Below the pieces are notes generated by a model. That model searched no databases. It was not told the DNA's origin and saw only the letters and a list, made by a program, of their open reading frames with translations. Shown in pieces: positions 1 to 9,099 of a stretch of 64,000 nt of DNA (positions are counted from its first letter, which is position 1; each line of letters begins with the position of its first letter). Source of the DNA: Acidobacteriota bacterium. GTDB taxonomy: Bacteria; Acidobacteriota; Blastocatellia; RBC074. The stretch is taken from assembly GCA_037439425.1 (NCBI GenBank), contig JBBIWA010000023.1:251-64250 (forward strand), written 5' to 3'. Both the position numbers and the translations under genes were made by a program.

Positions 1-642
1 ACACGCCAACCCACCCTGAACCGTTTGAACCTGTTGCCGCGCCGCCGCATGGACCTCCAACACCTGGTGGGCTAAACACGCCAACCCACCGAGAGCAGGT
101 AAAAGACCAGCGAGAGCGTCTGCTGTCCGTGACCACGAGTTGTGTTCCCATTCATAGCCGTGCTTCTTGTGGAGGTTGAACTGAAGACTCCTCGATTCGA
201 GAGCGTGAAGGCCCGATGAGCTAAGCCGCCTTCTCCCGGATCACTTCTAAGTGCGGTCACATACGAGTTGTGATAGCTCAGCTTACGCCGTGGAGTTTCA
301 CGTTTGTGGCTACGCACGAGAGCGGGATCATTTTGAGATGCCACGGCCTTGCGCCGTGGAGCTTCACGTTTGTGGCCACACACACGGGCAGGATCATTTT
401 GAGAGGCCACGGCCTTGTGCCGTGGAGTTTCACGTTTCTGGCTACGCACGAGAGCGGGATCATTTTGAGAGGCCACGGCCTTGTGCCGTGGAGTTTCACG
501 TTTGTAGCTAGCCTGCAAACTCGACGTTTTTTCCTAAACGCTCTCAATTCGCGGTTACAGTAGCAAGGATCGCGAGACTCCACGGCACAAGGCAGTGGCC
601 TCTTCTATTTACAGCCGCATCCGGCTAAGCGGGAATTGCTGC
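1..642 (-). mobile_element. Partial copy 1 of a ~1.4-kb TIR-bounded non-autonomous composite repeat element. It is inverted relative to copies 2 and 3, lacks the 650-bp internal segment, and runs off the window start.
   Basis: Terminal inverted repeat gctaagcgggaattgctg at 625-642 matches the TIRs of copies 2 and 3. Reverse complement of 130-290 matches 60165-60340. Contains hairpin repeat array 283-515, the central segment, and one A-type repeat. Confidence 0.6.
283..515 (+). repeat. Tandem array of about four 66-bp units. Each carries the hairpin ccacggccttg(c/t)gccgtgg inside a ~40-bp conserved core (B-type: ...gtttcacgtttgtggctac).
   Basis: Direct reading shows period 66-67 bp. Inter-core segments (gcacgagagcgggatcattttgagat and variants) are near-identical to each other and to those of arrays 2 and 3. 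Confidence 0.85.
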
Positions 643-1137
643 GCGATACATCGGACTCGATTTCCACACCGGGAGATTCAGGCGCATGTTACGCTCACTG
701 ATGGCTCTTCGCTCAGGCTGGAACGCTACGGCGACTTTGGCCACTAACGTCAAGCCACTTTGCTCGGAGCCTTCGCCGCCGTGTCGCCGTAGCTATGGAA
801 GCTACTACCAACGCTTTCACCGCCGCTCGATTGCTCAAGCCTTCTGGCGCTTGCCGAATCCTTATCGGCGATCGTCTCGGCCAACTCTTGGCTGGCACGA
901 TCAATGCCAGTGTCAAGGCTGTTCCACCGATAGCCCCACAATGCTAAGTGTCAGTTCGACTGGAGAGGTCGGGCTTGGCCCGATGGCCAAAACATCAATG
1001 ACATTGAACAAGACCTCGCTCGCCGGACCGAAGCCTTGCGCGACGTGGTCACGAGAATCTTCTCTCCTCGCCTTCGAGGCTTTGTTTCTTATGATCATGC
1101 GCCTAGCATAACGCTCGACGCGCGCCTCGCGGGGAGG

Positions 1138-1919
1138 CTAAGCCTCCCCTTTTTTGACTAAACTCGTGGTGTAGACCTTGTGCTTTAGTTTCCGGTGATG
1201 TGTGCCGAGGCTCACTCCATCGAGCTTGCGAGTGAGCTTCACGCCACAGGTAAATTGCCACTTCCGGCGATGAACAAACTTGAGAATCTTGTTCGAAGCC
1301 TGCCAACTGTCGAATTGCACAACCACCGTCCAACCTTCCGACAAGAGCGGCGCAATTCGCTTGAGCATCTCGCGGGCGATGGTGTTCTTGCTGCCGCAGT
1401 CGGACTCGCTCATCCGGCTTGCGCTCCCGATTGATGGCGCGCACCGTGCGTTTGCGCAGGTACAACTGAAAATTGAACGTGGTGGCGATCTCGCTGACTC
1501 GCATCGTGCAGACAACATAGCCACAAGCCATTGATGTAACGCGGATGTTTCGGCGCGCTATTGGTGTGATCGTGATGAATGTCAACGAGCGCCAGCCGTC
1601 AGGTATCGCGATGCTTCTGGCCGATCGAGTCGTCAATGTTGATGTAGATTTCTCTGGCCTGACAACTCTTTTGACTTCCCTCGATGGCGAAGGAGATTGA
1701 AGCCTCAAGGAGTTCCGCACGGACTCTTTGAGCATTCCAGGGGCCGATCCGCCGCAAAGTCATCCCAATTGGAAGGGTCGGTTGTCTCGACAGACTGGCA
1801 TTGTAAAGCCGCCAGAGTATGTTCGCTCTCGCCGCACCAGCAAAGCGTCGCAAAGGTTGCGTAAATGCTGGCGTTGCGGGACTGACAGGAAGCCGATCAG
1901 CGGGTTGAGAAAGGCGCAT
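1138..1919 (-). pseudogene. Frameshifted DDE transposase remnant (IS4/IS701-like). N-part with the IDDS..K motif is in ORF 1599..1919; C-part with the DSW..S...F motif is in ORF 1138..1524.
   Basis: Motifs IYINIDDSIGQKH and VQFDSWQASNKILKFVHRRKWQFTCGVKLTRK resemble DDE_Tnp_1-type transposases. The gene is split across two frames. Confidence 0.4.
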
Positions 1920-1961
1920 AATTGCGGCGAATTGTATATAATCTCGCTAAGCAGAGGGCGT

Positions 1962-2219
1962 TCATCCTGTTTGGAACAATGTAAGGCGGCTGAATGATGG
2001 GCCGATGCGGTCACCTTTGGTAAAGTAGATGGCGTTCGGCGCAGTCCGGTCGGTATATTGCGCCACGCGACGCGAAAGCCCGGTCAAAACCGCGCCCACC
2101 ATTACGACCACCGCTGTCCCGATGATCACCCCGAGCAGCGTCAGCGCCGAGCGTAGTTTGTGAGACCAGATCGAGTCGGCCACGAGCTGGATGATTTCAC
2201 GCTGAAGTTGCCGTCGCAT
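1962..2219 (-). pseudogene. 85-aa N-terminal fragment of a second FtsX/MacB-type ABC permease, truncated at the IS remnant.
   Basis: MRRQLQREIIQLVADSIWSHKLRSALTLLGVIIGTAVVV is a typical MacB-like N-terminus and TM1. The ORF ends after 85 aa, next to the transposase remnant. Confidence 0.5.
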
Positions 2220-2225
2220 ATGAAC

Positions 2226-3569
2226 TCACTCGGCGCGCAAAGCCTCAATTGGATTGAGCCGCGCCGCGCGGCGCGCCGGAAAGACTCCAAAGACAATCCC
2301 GGTCAGCGCCGAGACCAGAATCGCCGCCGCCGCGGCCCACAAAGGCAGCGTGATCGGCAACCCACTGGGCCGTGCGGCGGCCCAGACAACCAGGCCGGCG
2401 CACAACAAACCGATCAGACCTCCTGACAGAGTCAGTAGAGTCGCCTCCACCAGAAACTGCGCCAGCACGTCGCGCCGCCTCACACCAACAGCCATACGCA
2501 CACCGATTTCTCGAGTGCGTTCGGTGACTGAAGCCAGCATCATATTCATCACCACCACGCCGCCCACCACCAACGCGATGGCCGTCAGCGGATAGATCAC
2601 CAGTCCAACCAGTGTGGTCAGCCGACCGGCGAACGCCTCAACGCTTTTGGCCGTGACGACGCTGAAATCATCATCCGCACCGTAGTCCAGCCGATGGCGC
2701 AGACGGAGCGCGAATCGCATACCCTCTTCCACCTCCAGGCGCGTCAGCGATGACTCCGGTCGCGCGCGTCCCAGAATCGCCAGCGAACGTGAACGTTCAC
2801 CAAAGACCTTGGTGAAGTTCCCTAACGGAATTTGCAAAAAGGCGTCCTGCGATTGCCCAAAGTTCGAGCCGCGCGCCGCTGCCACGCCAACCACTTCATA
2901 AGGCAACGCGCCAATGAAGATCCAATCGCTAATCGGGTCTTGCCATGGGAAAAGCAGATCGGCCACATCCGCGCCGATAATGGCCACCGGACGGCGATAA
3001 GCGTCATCAGTCGCGGTCAACTCGCGCCCACGCTCGATCTCGATATTCGAGAGAAAAGAGATATTGGAGGTGACGCCCTGCACGACAATTCCATTGAGCG
3101 ATTGATTTCCCCGCCTGACCGAGAGCGCCGCGTCACCTTGCGCGCCGATTTCGATGGTTTCGCCCAACCGGTCGCGCAGCCAGCGAACATCCTCAAGCGT
3201 CAGGTCCGGTCGCCGCGAACGCGCAATCACCCAGGCCCGCGCATCCCCGATGAAATCCTGGAAATTGGCCTTCTCAACGCGCACCACATCGGGCGCGAGC
3301 GCCCTTGTCTCTTGAGTGATGAATGCTTGCCCCCCTTCAAGCAAAGCCGCCACCAGAACGATCACGGTCATTCCTACCACGATTCCAATCACCGTCAACC
3401 CTGACCACAATCGGTTAGAAAGAATCGAGCCGATCGCCGCGCGCAAGGCCTCGTTCCATCGAGAGAGCGCGCCAAGCTCCGGCGTGACGAATCTCCCATC
3501 TCGATGGACAGCCTCAACGCTGACGCTTTCAGATAGCGGCAACGCCACTTTGTTGGCCGATTCACTCAC
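2226..3569 (-). CDS. ABC transporter permease, FtsX/MacB family (MacB periplasmic domain plus FtsX 4-TM C-terminus).
   Basis: 447 aa. N-terminal TM, large periplasmic domain, C-terminal FtsX-like TM bundle ending ...NPIEALRAE. Confidence 0.8.
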   Translation of the reverse strand: MSESANKVALPLSESVSVEAVHRDGRFVTPELGALSRWNEALRAAIGSILSNRLWSGLTVIGIVVGMTVIVLVAALLEGGQAFITQETRALAPDVVRVEKANFQDFIGDARAWVIARSRRPDLTLEDVRWLRDRLGETIEIGAQGDAALSVRRGNQSLNGIVVQGVTSNISFLSNIEIERGRELTATDDAYRRPVAIIGADVADLLFPWQDPISDWIFIGALPYEVVGVAAARGSNFGQSQDAFLQIPLGNFTKVFGERSRSLAILGRARPESSLTRLEVEEGMRFALRLRHRLDYGADDDFSVVTAKSVEAFAGRLTTLVGLVIYPLTAIALVVGGVVVMNMMLASVTERTREIGVRMAVGVRRRDVLAQFLVEATLLTLSGGLIGLLCAGLVVWAAARPSGLPITLPLWAAAAAILVSALTGIVFGVFPARRAARLNPIEALRAE

Positions 3570-4024
3570 AGCTCACCAAATTGTTCGGCTACCACGCTGT
3601 GGCGGTAATCGAACATCCTCTCCAATCTTTTCCGTATGAACCAGCCAGCGATCATCTCGCCCAGAACCCCCATCGGTGCGGCGTACTCAACCTCGTCGGT
3701 CATCAGCGTCCCGCCGCGAGCGGTCGGCTCGAAGCGATGCCGATGGCGCCAGTAAGCGAAAGGCCCTTGTCGCTGAACATCAGTGAAAAGATGGGGCGGC
3801 TCGTATTCCGTGTGCTCGGCCACCCAGAGCCGCCAGAATGGTCCGAGATAAACTTTGAAAACGACGCGCGTCCCAACCTGCAAACCATTTGCGCGCTCCA
3901 AAACCTCGACACGCTCCCAGGGCGGCGCCAATCGCTCGACCGCGCCCGGCTGCTCGTGCCAGGCAAAGACCACATCGGGCGGCGCGGCTATCTCCGTTTG
4001 TTTGATGAATCGTCGCGTCTTCAT
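3566..4024 (-). CDS. SRPBCC (START/Bet v1-like; polyketide cyclase/dehydrase-like) family protein.
   Basis: 152 aa. Motifs WRHRHRFEP and MFDYRH, paralogous to ORF 7216..7722. Overlaps the FtsX start by 4 nt. Confidence 0.65.
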   Translation of the reverse strand: MKTRRFIKQTEIAAPPDVVFAWHEQPGAVERLAPPWERVEVLERANGLQVGTRVVFKVYLGPFWRLWVAEHTEYEPPHLFTDVQRQGPFAYWRHRHRFEPTARGGTLMTDEVEYAAPMGVLGEMIAGWFIRKRLERMFDYRHSVVAEQFGEL

Positions 4025-4028
4025 CGGC

Positions 4029-4970
4029 TTAAAATCGCGCTCCGAGTCTGACCAGATGCTGCTCCAGCATCTGGAAGTCTTCGATCAACAGCGCGCGCGT
4101 CTGTCTGATCTTGTTGATCAAGGACTCTTCCTTAGCGCCGCCGATCCATAGTTCGATTCTCGCCGGTAATTCTCGCGCGATCTTTCGCACATCTCTCAGC
4201 CCGGCTTTGGCCCCGTTGGCGCCGATAAATCCCAGGATGACCGCCTGTGGCGCGGCCTTCTGCGCGGCGGTTACAATCTCTTCGGCCGGGAGATTGGCGC
4301 CCAGGTAGACGATGCCAAATCCACCTCCGACCGCCAACATCGCCGAGAGCAGAATGCCGAATTCGTGCTGCTCTCCGCTCGGCGTGGCGAACAACAGTTT
4401 GCTGGTCGGTGCAGTTCGACGATAGAGCGGAATCAGCGATCCCAGCAGGTTCCGCAACAAGGCCGAGGTCATGTGTTCCTGCGCGACGCTCAACTTGCCT
4501 TCGTGCCATGCCTCACCCACCTCCTGCATCAATGGCAGAGCGACCCGATAAACCAGCTCGCGCGGCGTCAACCCTGCAACCAGCAGGGCCAACTCCTTTT
4601 CCGCTTCACCGTAATCCAATCGCTCAATCGCGGCTATCACCGAGCGCGGAGGATGCAAAGGCTGCTCTGGCCATCTCTTCGTCATCGCCTCCACACTCTC
4701 GATCATTGATGATGGCATCGGCGACGGCCCAGCCATCAGCGCCCGCAGCTCTTCGTCATCAAGCGCGGCCACACGGCCAATCGCATGCCCTCTCTCCACC
4801 ACGGCGTTCAGCAGTCGCAGACGCTCCACATCGGCCTCAGTGTAGAGCCGTCCGCGCCTGTCGCGCTGTGGCGTGACGACCTGATAGCGCCGCTCCCAGG
4901 CGCGCAGCGTGTCAACGCTGATCCCGGTCAGTTTGGAAACGGCGCGAATTGGATAGAGCAAGGTCTTCAT
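4029..4970 (-). CDS. carH: MerR-family transcriptional regulator with a C-terminal cobalamin-binding domain (CarH/LitR-type light-responsive repressor).
   Basis: N-terminal MerR HTH (IRAVSKLTGISVDTLRAWERRY). C-terminal B12-binding Rossmann-like domain with the E/DxHxxG signature (GEQHEFG). Confidence 0.75.
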   Translation of the reverse strand: MKTLLYPIRAVSKLTGISVDTLRAWERRYQVVTPQRDRRGRLYTEADVERLRLLNAVVERGHAIGRVAALDDEELRALMAGPSPMPSSMIESVEAMTKRWPEQPLHPPRSVIAAIERLDYGEAEKELALLVAGLTPRELVYRVALPLMQEVGEAWHEGKLSVAQEHMTSALLRNLLGSLIPLYRRTAPTSKLLFATPSGEQHEFGILLSAMLAVGGGFGIVYLGANLPAEEIVTAAQKAAPQAVILGFIGANGAKAGLRDVRKIARELPARIELWIGGAKEESLINKIRQTRALLIEDFQMLEQHLVRLGARF

Positions 4971-4987
4971 CGTGATTCAGCTTTCAT

Positions 4988-6202
4988 TCAGCCGGATTGC
5001 CTGGTCTTGACTAAGCGCGAGACGTCAAATCCCTTGGCCGCCGCCTGCTCGATGATCCTTTGATAAACCGCTTCGTCCATCTGCGGCGTGCGCGAGAGTA
5101 TCCACAGATATTTCCGATCCGGCGAGCCGACGACCGAATAACTGTAATCGGGCGCGAGCGCGATGATCCAGTAATCTCCCCAGACCGTCGGAAGCCATCC
5201 GAGCCACGCGGGCGCGAACCGCACTTTCAGTTTGGAGTTCGGCCTCCTCTCGCCGGCAAGTCTGGCTCTGCCTTCAGCCCTGGCGATCTGGCCGTTTTGT
5301 TGGCGGCATTCATTGACAACTTTCAGTTGACCATCATCGAGTTGCGAATAGGTCGCTGTCACCTCGCCAGCGCATTTCTTCTGAAACTGGTTCGGCAACC
5401 GCGCAACTTCATACCACTTTCCAGAATAACGCGAAAGCTCAACCGAAGCGACGACTTCCAACGCTGGTGGACGATCTCTTTCCGCCACAAGCGGCAGATT
5501 CGGCAGGATAAGAACCAGCGCAAACAATTTTCTCAACACAACTCCTCCGCTCGAAAGACGCTGTTTAGTTGCAGCAGATGACCCATCCGCTTTCGTCAGC
5601 AGGTAACGAAAGGCCGGCGGGCTGGCTTTGATCTCCAGCGGGACGCGCTCGACCACTTCCAATCCGGCATTGCGCAGGGCGAGGACTTTGTCCGGATTGT
5701 TCGACATCAATCGCACCCGACGCGCTCCCAATTGTTTGATGATCTCGGCGCACTGGTTGTATTCGCGCGCGTCAACCGCAAAACCGAGTTTGAGGTTGGC
5801 TTCAATCGTGTCGGCACCCTGATCCTGCAAGGCATAGGCGCGAATCTTGTTGATGATGCCGATTCCGCGCCCCTCTTGCTGCTGATAAACGATGACGCCT
5901 GCGCCTGCGGCTTTGATCATCTGCATGGCGCGTCTCAGTTGCAGCCCACAGTCGCATTTCAATGAATGAAACACATCGCCCGTCAGGCATTGCGAATGAA
6001 TGCGCACGAGAGCAGGCTTGGCCGCGTCAATCTCTCCCTTGATCAACGCCACAAATTCTTCGTCTTCTTCGTCGCTGATGACACTGCGAAATCCGGCGAT
6101 CTTGAACCGCCCAAATTCTGTCGGCAAATCAGCTTCGGCTTCCAACCTCACGGTCGCACTCTCTGTTCTTCGGTCTTGCCCGATATCCAAACGCATAAAC
6201 AC
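4988..6202 (-). CDS. ribA: GTP cyclohydrolase II (RibA) domain read in-frame into a Blc-type bacterial lipocalin domain. A signal-peptide-like segment lies between them.
   Basis: Residues 1-215: [20 protein letters not shown] zinc motif and the ERVPLEI tail of RibA. Residues ~222-404: hydrophobic [18 protein letters not shown], then [11 protein letters not shown]...YLWILSRTP...GFDVSRL, matching Blc lipocalin. Confidence 0.7.
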   Translation of the reverse strand: MFMRLDIGQDRRTESATVRLEAEADLPTEFGRFKIAGFRSVISDEEDEEFVALIKGEIDAAKPALVRIHSQCLTGDVFHSLKCDCGLQLRRAMQMIKAAGAGVIVYQQQEGRGIGIINKIRAYALQDQGADTIEANLKLGFAVDAREYNQCAEIIKQLGARRVRLMSNNPDKVLALRNAGLEVVERVPLEIKASPPAFRYLLTKADGSSAATKQRLSSGGVVLRKLFALVLILPNLPLVAERDRPPALEVVASVELSRYSGKWYEVARLPNQFQKKCAGEVTATYSQLDDGQLKVVNECRQQNGQIARAEGRARLAGERRPNSKLKVRFAPAWLGWLPTVWGDYWIIALAPDYSYSVVGSPDRKYLWILSRTPQMDEAVYQRIIEQAAAKGFDVSRLVKTRQSG

Positions 6203-6318
6203 CCTCCTTCAATCTCTTCCGCCTCCGGCCATCACATCCCACGCGCATTCTTCACCCCTTGACGCATCATCGCCACACTCGCCGGAAGCGCGCCCCCCGG
6301 GCCGGGAGCGATGCCGGT

Positions 6319-6347
6319 ATTATAGTTATATGTCCAATATTTGTCAA
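6319..6347 (-). promoter_or_regulatory. Consensus sigma70 promoter on the minus strand driving the ribA-lipocalin/carH operon.
   Basis: TTGACA (rc of 6342-6347), a 17-nt spacer, then TATAAT (rc of 6319-6324). Confidence 0.6.
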
Positions 6348-6399
6348 GCCACTGCCAGATATATCGGACAAAATATCAGCTATTGTCTTGGAAATAGAC

Positions 6400-6428
6400 T
6401 TGACAAATATTCTAAGAGCCATTATCTT
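6400..6428 (+). promoter_or_regulatory. Sigma70-like promoter on the plus strand driving the fasciclin gene.
   Basis: TTGACA at 6400-6405, a 17-nt spacer, TATCTT at 6423-6428. Shares the TTGACAAATATT motif with the divergent promoter. The palindrome GACAAAATATCAGCTATTGTC lies between them (6366-6387). Confidence 0.55.
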
Positions 6429-6577
6429 GTCCACGGTTGAAGGGGGGAGGTGAATGATGTGGCGAGCGGTGGTCATTCGGATGATCGTCGCTCGGCTGAT
6501 GAAAGAGGCTTTCGCCAAAGGATCTGTGCGTTGGCGGGAAATCACAAACAGAACAACATACAGGAGAAAGAAAAGAG

Positions 6578-7078
6578 ATGTATCTCAAGTCGAAAGTTGC
6601 AAGTTTGATCTTAGTTGTCGCCGTTGCTGTGGTGATGGCAATGCCGCCGGTCAGCGCGGCTGACAATCACGAGAAGAAGGATATCGTTGACACAGCGGTG
6701 GCCGCAGGTAACTTCAAGACTTTGGCTACTGCCTTGGAAGCAGCTGGTCTGATCGAGACGTTGAAGGGCCAAGGCCCATTCACCGTCTTTGCTCCGACCG
6801 ATGAAGCTTTCGCCAAGTTGCCTGCGGGCACGGTCGAGTCGCTGCTCAAGGACAAGGAGAAGCTGACGCAAATCCTGCTCTACCACGTCGTCCCCGGCGC
6901 TGTGATGGCCAAGGATGTGGTCAAGCTCAAGTCGGCGAAGACCGTCCAGGGATCATCGGTCAAGATCAACGCTAAGGGCGGCAAGGTAATGGTGGACAAT
7001 GCCAATGTCATCAAGACCGATATCGCGGCGACCAATGGCGTGATCCACGTGATTGATACTGTCATCATTCCCAAGTAG
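6578..7078 (+). CDS. Secreted fasciclin (FAS1) domain protein.
   Basis: Signal peptide, then [14 protein letters not shown]...LLYHVVPG...[13 protein letters not shown], which are FAS1 hallmarks. Confidence 0.85.
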   Translation: MYLKSKVASLILVVAVAVVMAMPPVSAADNHEKKDIVDTAVAAGNFKTLATALEAAGLIETLKGQGPFTVFAPTDEAFAKLPAGTVESLLKDKEKLTQILLYHVVPGAVMAKDVVKLKSAKTVQGSSVKINAKGGKVMVDNANVIKTDIAATNGVIHVIDTVIIPK

Positions 7079-7215
7079 CAAAACAAAAGACAAAGCTAGA
7101 CAGGCGGCTGGGCTTGTGGGAGGCCAGCCGCCTAATTTTCAAAGCGGTTGAGAGAGAATACAGCGCAGTTGCGCCTGAGCTTGCCTGATCTTAGTTGATT
7201 GATTGACGGAAACGC

Positions 7216-7722
7216 ATGAAAATTTGCCTGCTCGAACGCATGCAGATAATCCCGCGCTCGCTCAGTGAAGTGTTCGCTTTCTTCAGCGACGCTTTCAATC
7301 TGGAGCGCATCACGCCGCCGTTTTTGCGGTTTCGCATCCTGACGCCGCCGCCGATCAGAATGGCTGCGGGAACGGTGATCGAATACCGGTTGCGGCTCTT
7401 TGGCGCGCCCATTTTCTGGCGGACGCTGATCGAAAGCTGGAGGCCGGAGGAGTCATTCGTTGACATACAGATGAAAGGGCCTTACTCGCTCTGGCGACAC
7501 ACGCATTCGTTTGAGGAAACTAGACCAGGGCAAACTCTGATGCGCGACACGGTCGAATACGCCCTTCCATTTGGTCTGGCGGGAAGACTTGCTCATTATC
7601 TGTTCGTCAGACGATGGCTGGATGAGATTTTCGATTACCGGGCGAGGATGACATCGTGGTTGTTGGGAACGGAAGACAAAGAGGAGAGAGAGATTGAACC
7701 GCTTAGAGCAATTGCTGGCTGA
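7216..7722 (+). CDS. SRPBCC family protein, paralog of 3566..4024.
   Basis: YSLWRHTHSFEE and IFDYRARM match the paralog motifs. 168 aa. Confidence 0.6.
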   Translation: MKICLLERMQIIPRSLSEVFAFFSDAFNLERITPPFLRFRILTPPPIRMAAGTVIEYRLRLFGAPIFWRTLIESWRPEESFVDIQMKGPYSLWRHTHSFEETRPGQTLMRDTVEYALPFGLAGRLAHYLFVRRWLDEIFDYRARMTSWLLGTEDKEEREIEPLRAIAG

Positions 7723-9088
7723 TCCTCGCATCACAGTCCGCCGTGCCGGAGAGCCGGAAGCCGACGGCAGGTGCGTGGTCTACTGGATGCAGCGCGCTCA
7801 ACGCGCGACCGACAATCCAGCGCTCGATGCGGCGATTGAGGCGGCCAACGAGTTGCGACGGCCGGTGGTGGTCTTCTTCGGCTTGCATCCAAAATATCCG
7901 AACGCAAATGAGCGCCATTACGCTTTCCTGATTCAAGGACTGGAAGAGACGAAGCGAAGGATCGAAGCGCGCGGCGCGGCTTTTGTTTTTCGCCCTTTTC
8001 CCGATCACGACCTGCTGCGCTTTTGCGCTGAGGTCAAACCGTCTCTGGTGGTGGGCGACGAAAACCCGATGCGCGAGCCTGAGGCCTGGCGACAAAGCGC
8101 GGCTCGCAAGTTGACCATTCCCTTCTGGACGGTGGAGGCTGATGTCGTCGCTCCGAGCAAGCTCTTTCCCAAAGAAGAGTACGCGGCGCGCACTATCCGC
8201 CCGAAGCTTTGCAAATTGTTGCCGATCTTCTTGCGACGGCCGGACAATCTCCAAGCCAGATACCGCTGGAATGAGAAAGACAGACCCGCCGGCCAGGAGA
8301 TTGATCCGACGCGCCTGCTCAAAGACTTGCCGCTTGATCGCAGCGCCACGCCAGTCAGCAGCTTCCGAGGCGGGACATCTGAAGGGATGCGGTTGCTGCG
8401 CCGGTTCATCAACGAGCGGCTGGCCAATTACGATGCAGCGCGCAATCAACCTCATCTGGCCGGAACCTCCGAGCTTTCGGCCTATCTACATTTCGGCCAT
8501 CTCGGCCCGCTGACGATCGCGATGGCCGTGAGCGAAGCCGAGGCGCCGGAAGCCGCCAAAGCGGCCTTTCTGGAGGAGCTGATCGTGCGTTGTGAGTTGG
8601 CCATCAATTTCGTGGCGCGCAATCCCGACTACGACCGGCTGGCTGGCTGTCCTGAATGGGCGCGGAAAACTTTGGCCGAGCGCGCCGATGATCCACGGCC
8701 ATACCTCTACACCGAGGCGCAACTCGAATCGGCCGAAACACACGACCCGCTCTGGAACGCCGCGCAAATGGAGATGGCCGTGACCGGACGAATGCACGGC
8801 TACATGAGAATGTATTGGGCGAAGAAGATTTTGGAATGGACGCGCGCGCCCGAAGAGGCTTTTGAAATCGCCGTCCGCTTGAACGACCGGTATGAACTGG
8901 ACGGACGCGATCCGAATGGTTATACAGGAGTCGCCTGGGCCATCGGTGGCAAACATGACCGCCCGTGGGCGCCCCGGCGCGCAGTCTTTGGCCTGATTCG
9001 TTATATGTCGGCGGATGGATGTGCGCGCAAATTCGACACGCGGGCTTACATTGAGCAGGTGAACAAGCTCGTTCGCAATCACGCCTGA
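7694..9088 (+). CDS. phr: Deoxyribodipyrimidine (CPD) photolyase, class II.
   Basis: 464 aa. C-terminal GGKHDRPWAPRRAVFGLIRYMSADGCARKFD and overall class II architecture. Confidence 0.85.
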   Translation: MNRLEQLLADPRITVRRAGEPEADGRCVVYWMQRAQRATDNPALDAAIEAANELRRPVVVFFGLHPKYPNANERHYAFLIQGLEETKRRIEARGAAFVFRPFPDHDLLRFCAEVKPSLVVGDENPMREPEAWRQSAARKLTIPFWTVEADVVAPSKLFPKEEYAARTIRPKLCKLLPIFLRRPDNLQARYRWNEKDRPAGQEIDPTRLLKDLPLDRSATPVSSFRGGTSEGMRLLRRFINERLANYDAARNQPHLAGTSELSAYLHFGHLGPLTIAMAVSEAEAPEAAKAAFLEELIVRCELAINFVARNPDYDRLAGCPEWARKTLAERADDPRPYLYTEAQLESAETHDPLWNAAQMEMAVTGRMHGYMRMYWAKKILEWTRAPEEAFEIAVRLNDRYELDGRDPNGYTGVAWAIGGKHDRPWAPRRAVFGLIRYMSADGCARKFDTRAYIEQVNKLVRNHA

Positions 9089-9099
9089 TCAATCCGAGG

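Noticed and set aside
283-515. True CRISPR arrays, here and at 35832-36208 and 59777-60150.
   Set aside because: The spacer-equivalent segments are near-identical variants of one sequence within and between arrays. Arrays occur in both orientations inside a TIR-bounded element. No cas gene is present in 64 kb.
72-583. ORFs 72..518, 251..511, 270..563, 278..583, and the analogous ORFs 35609..35977, 35770..36229, 36038..36445, 59554..59856, 59904..60149.
   Set aside because: Their translations are periodic 22-residue repeats produced by reading through the 66-bp hairpin units on either strand, and the reading frames are not conserved between copies. They are not protein-coding.
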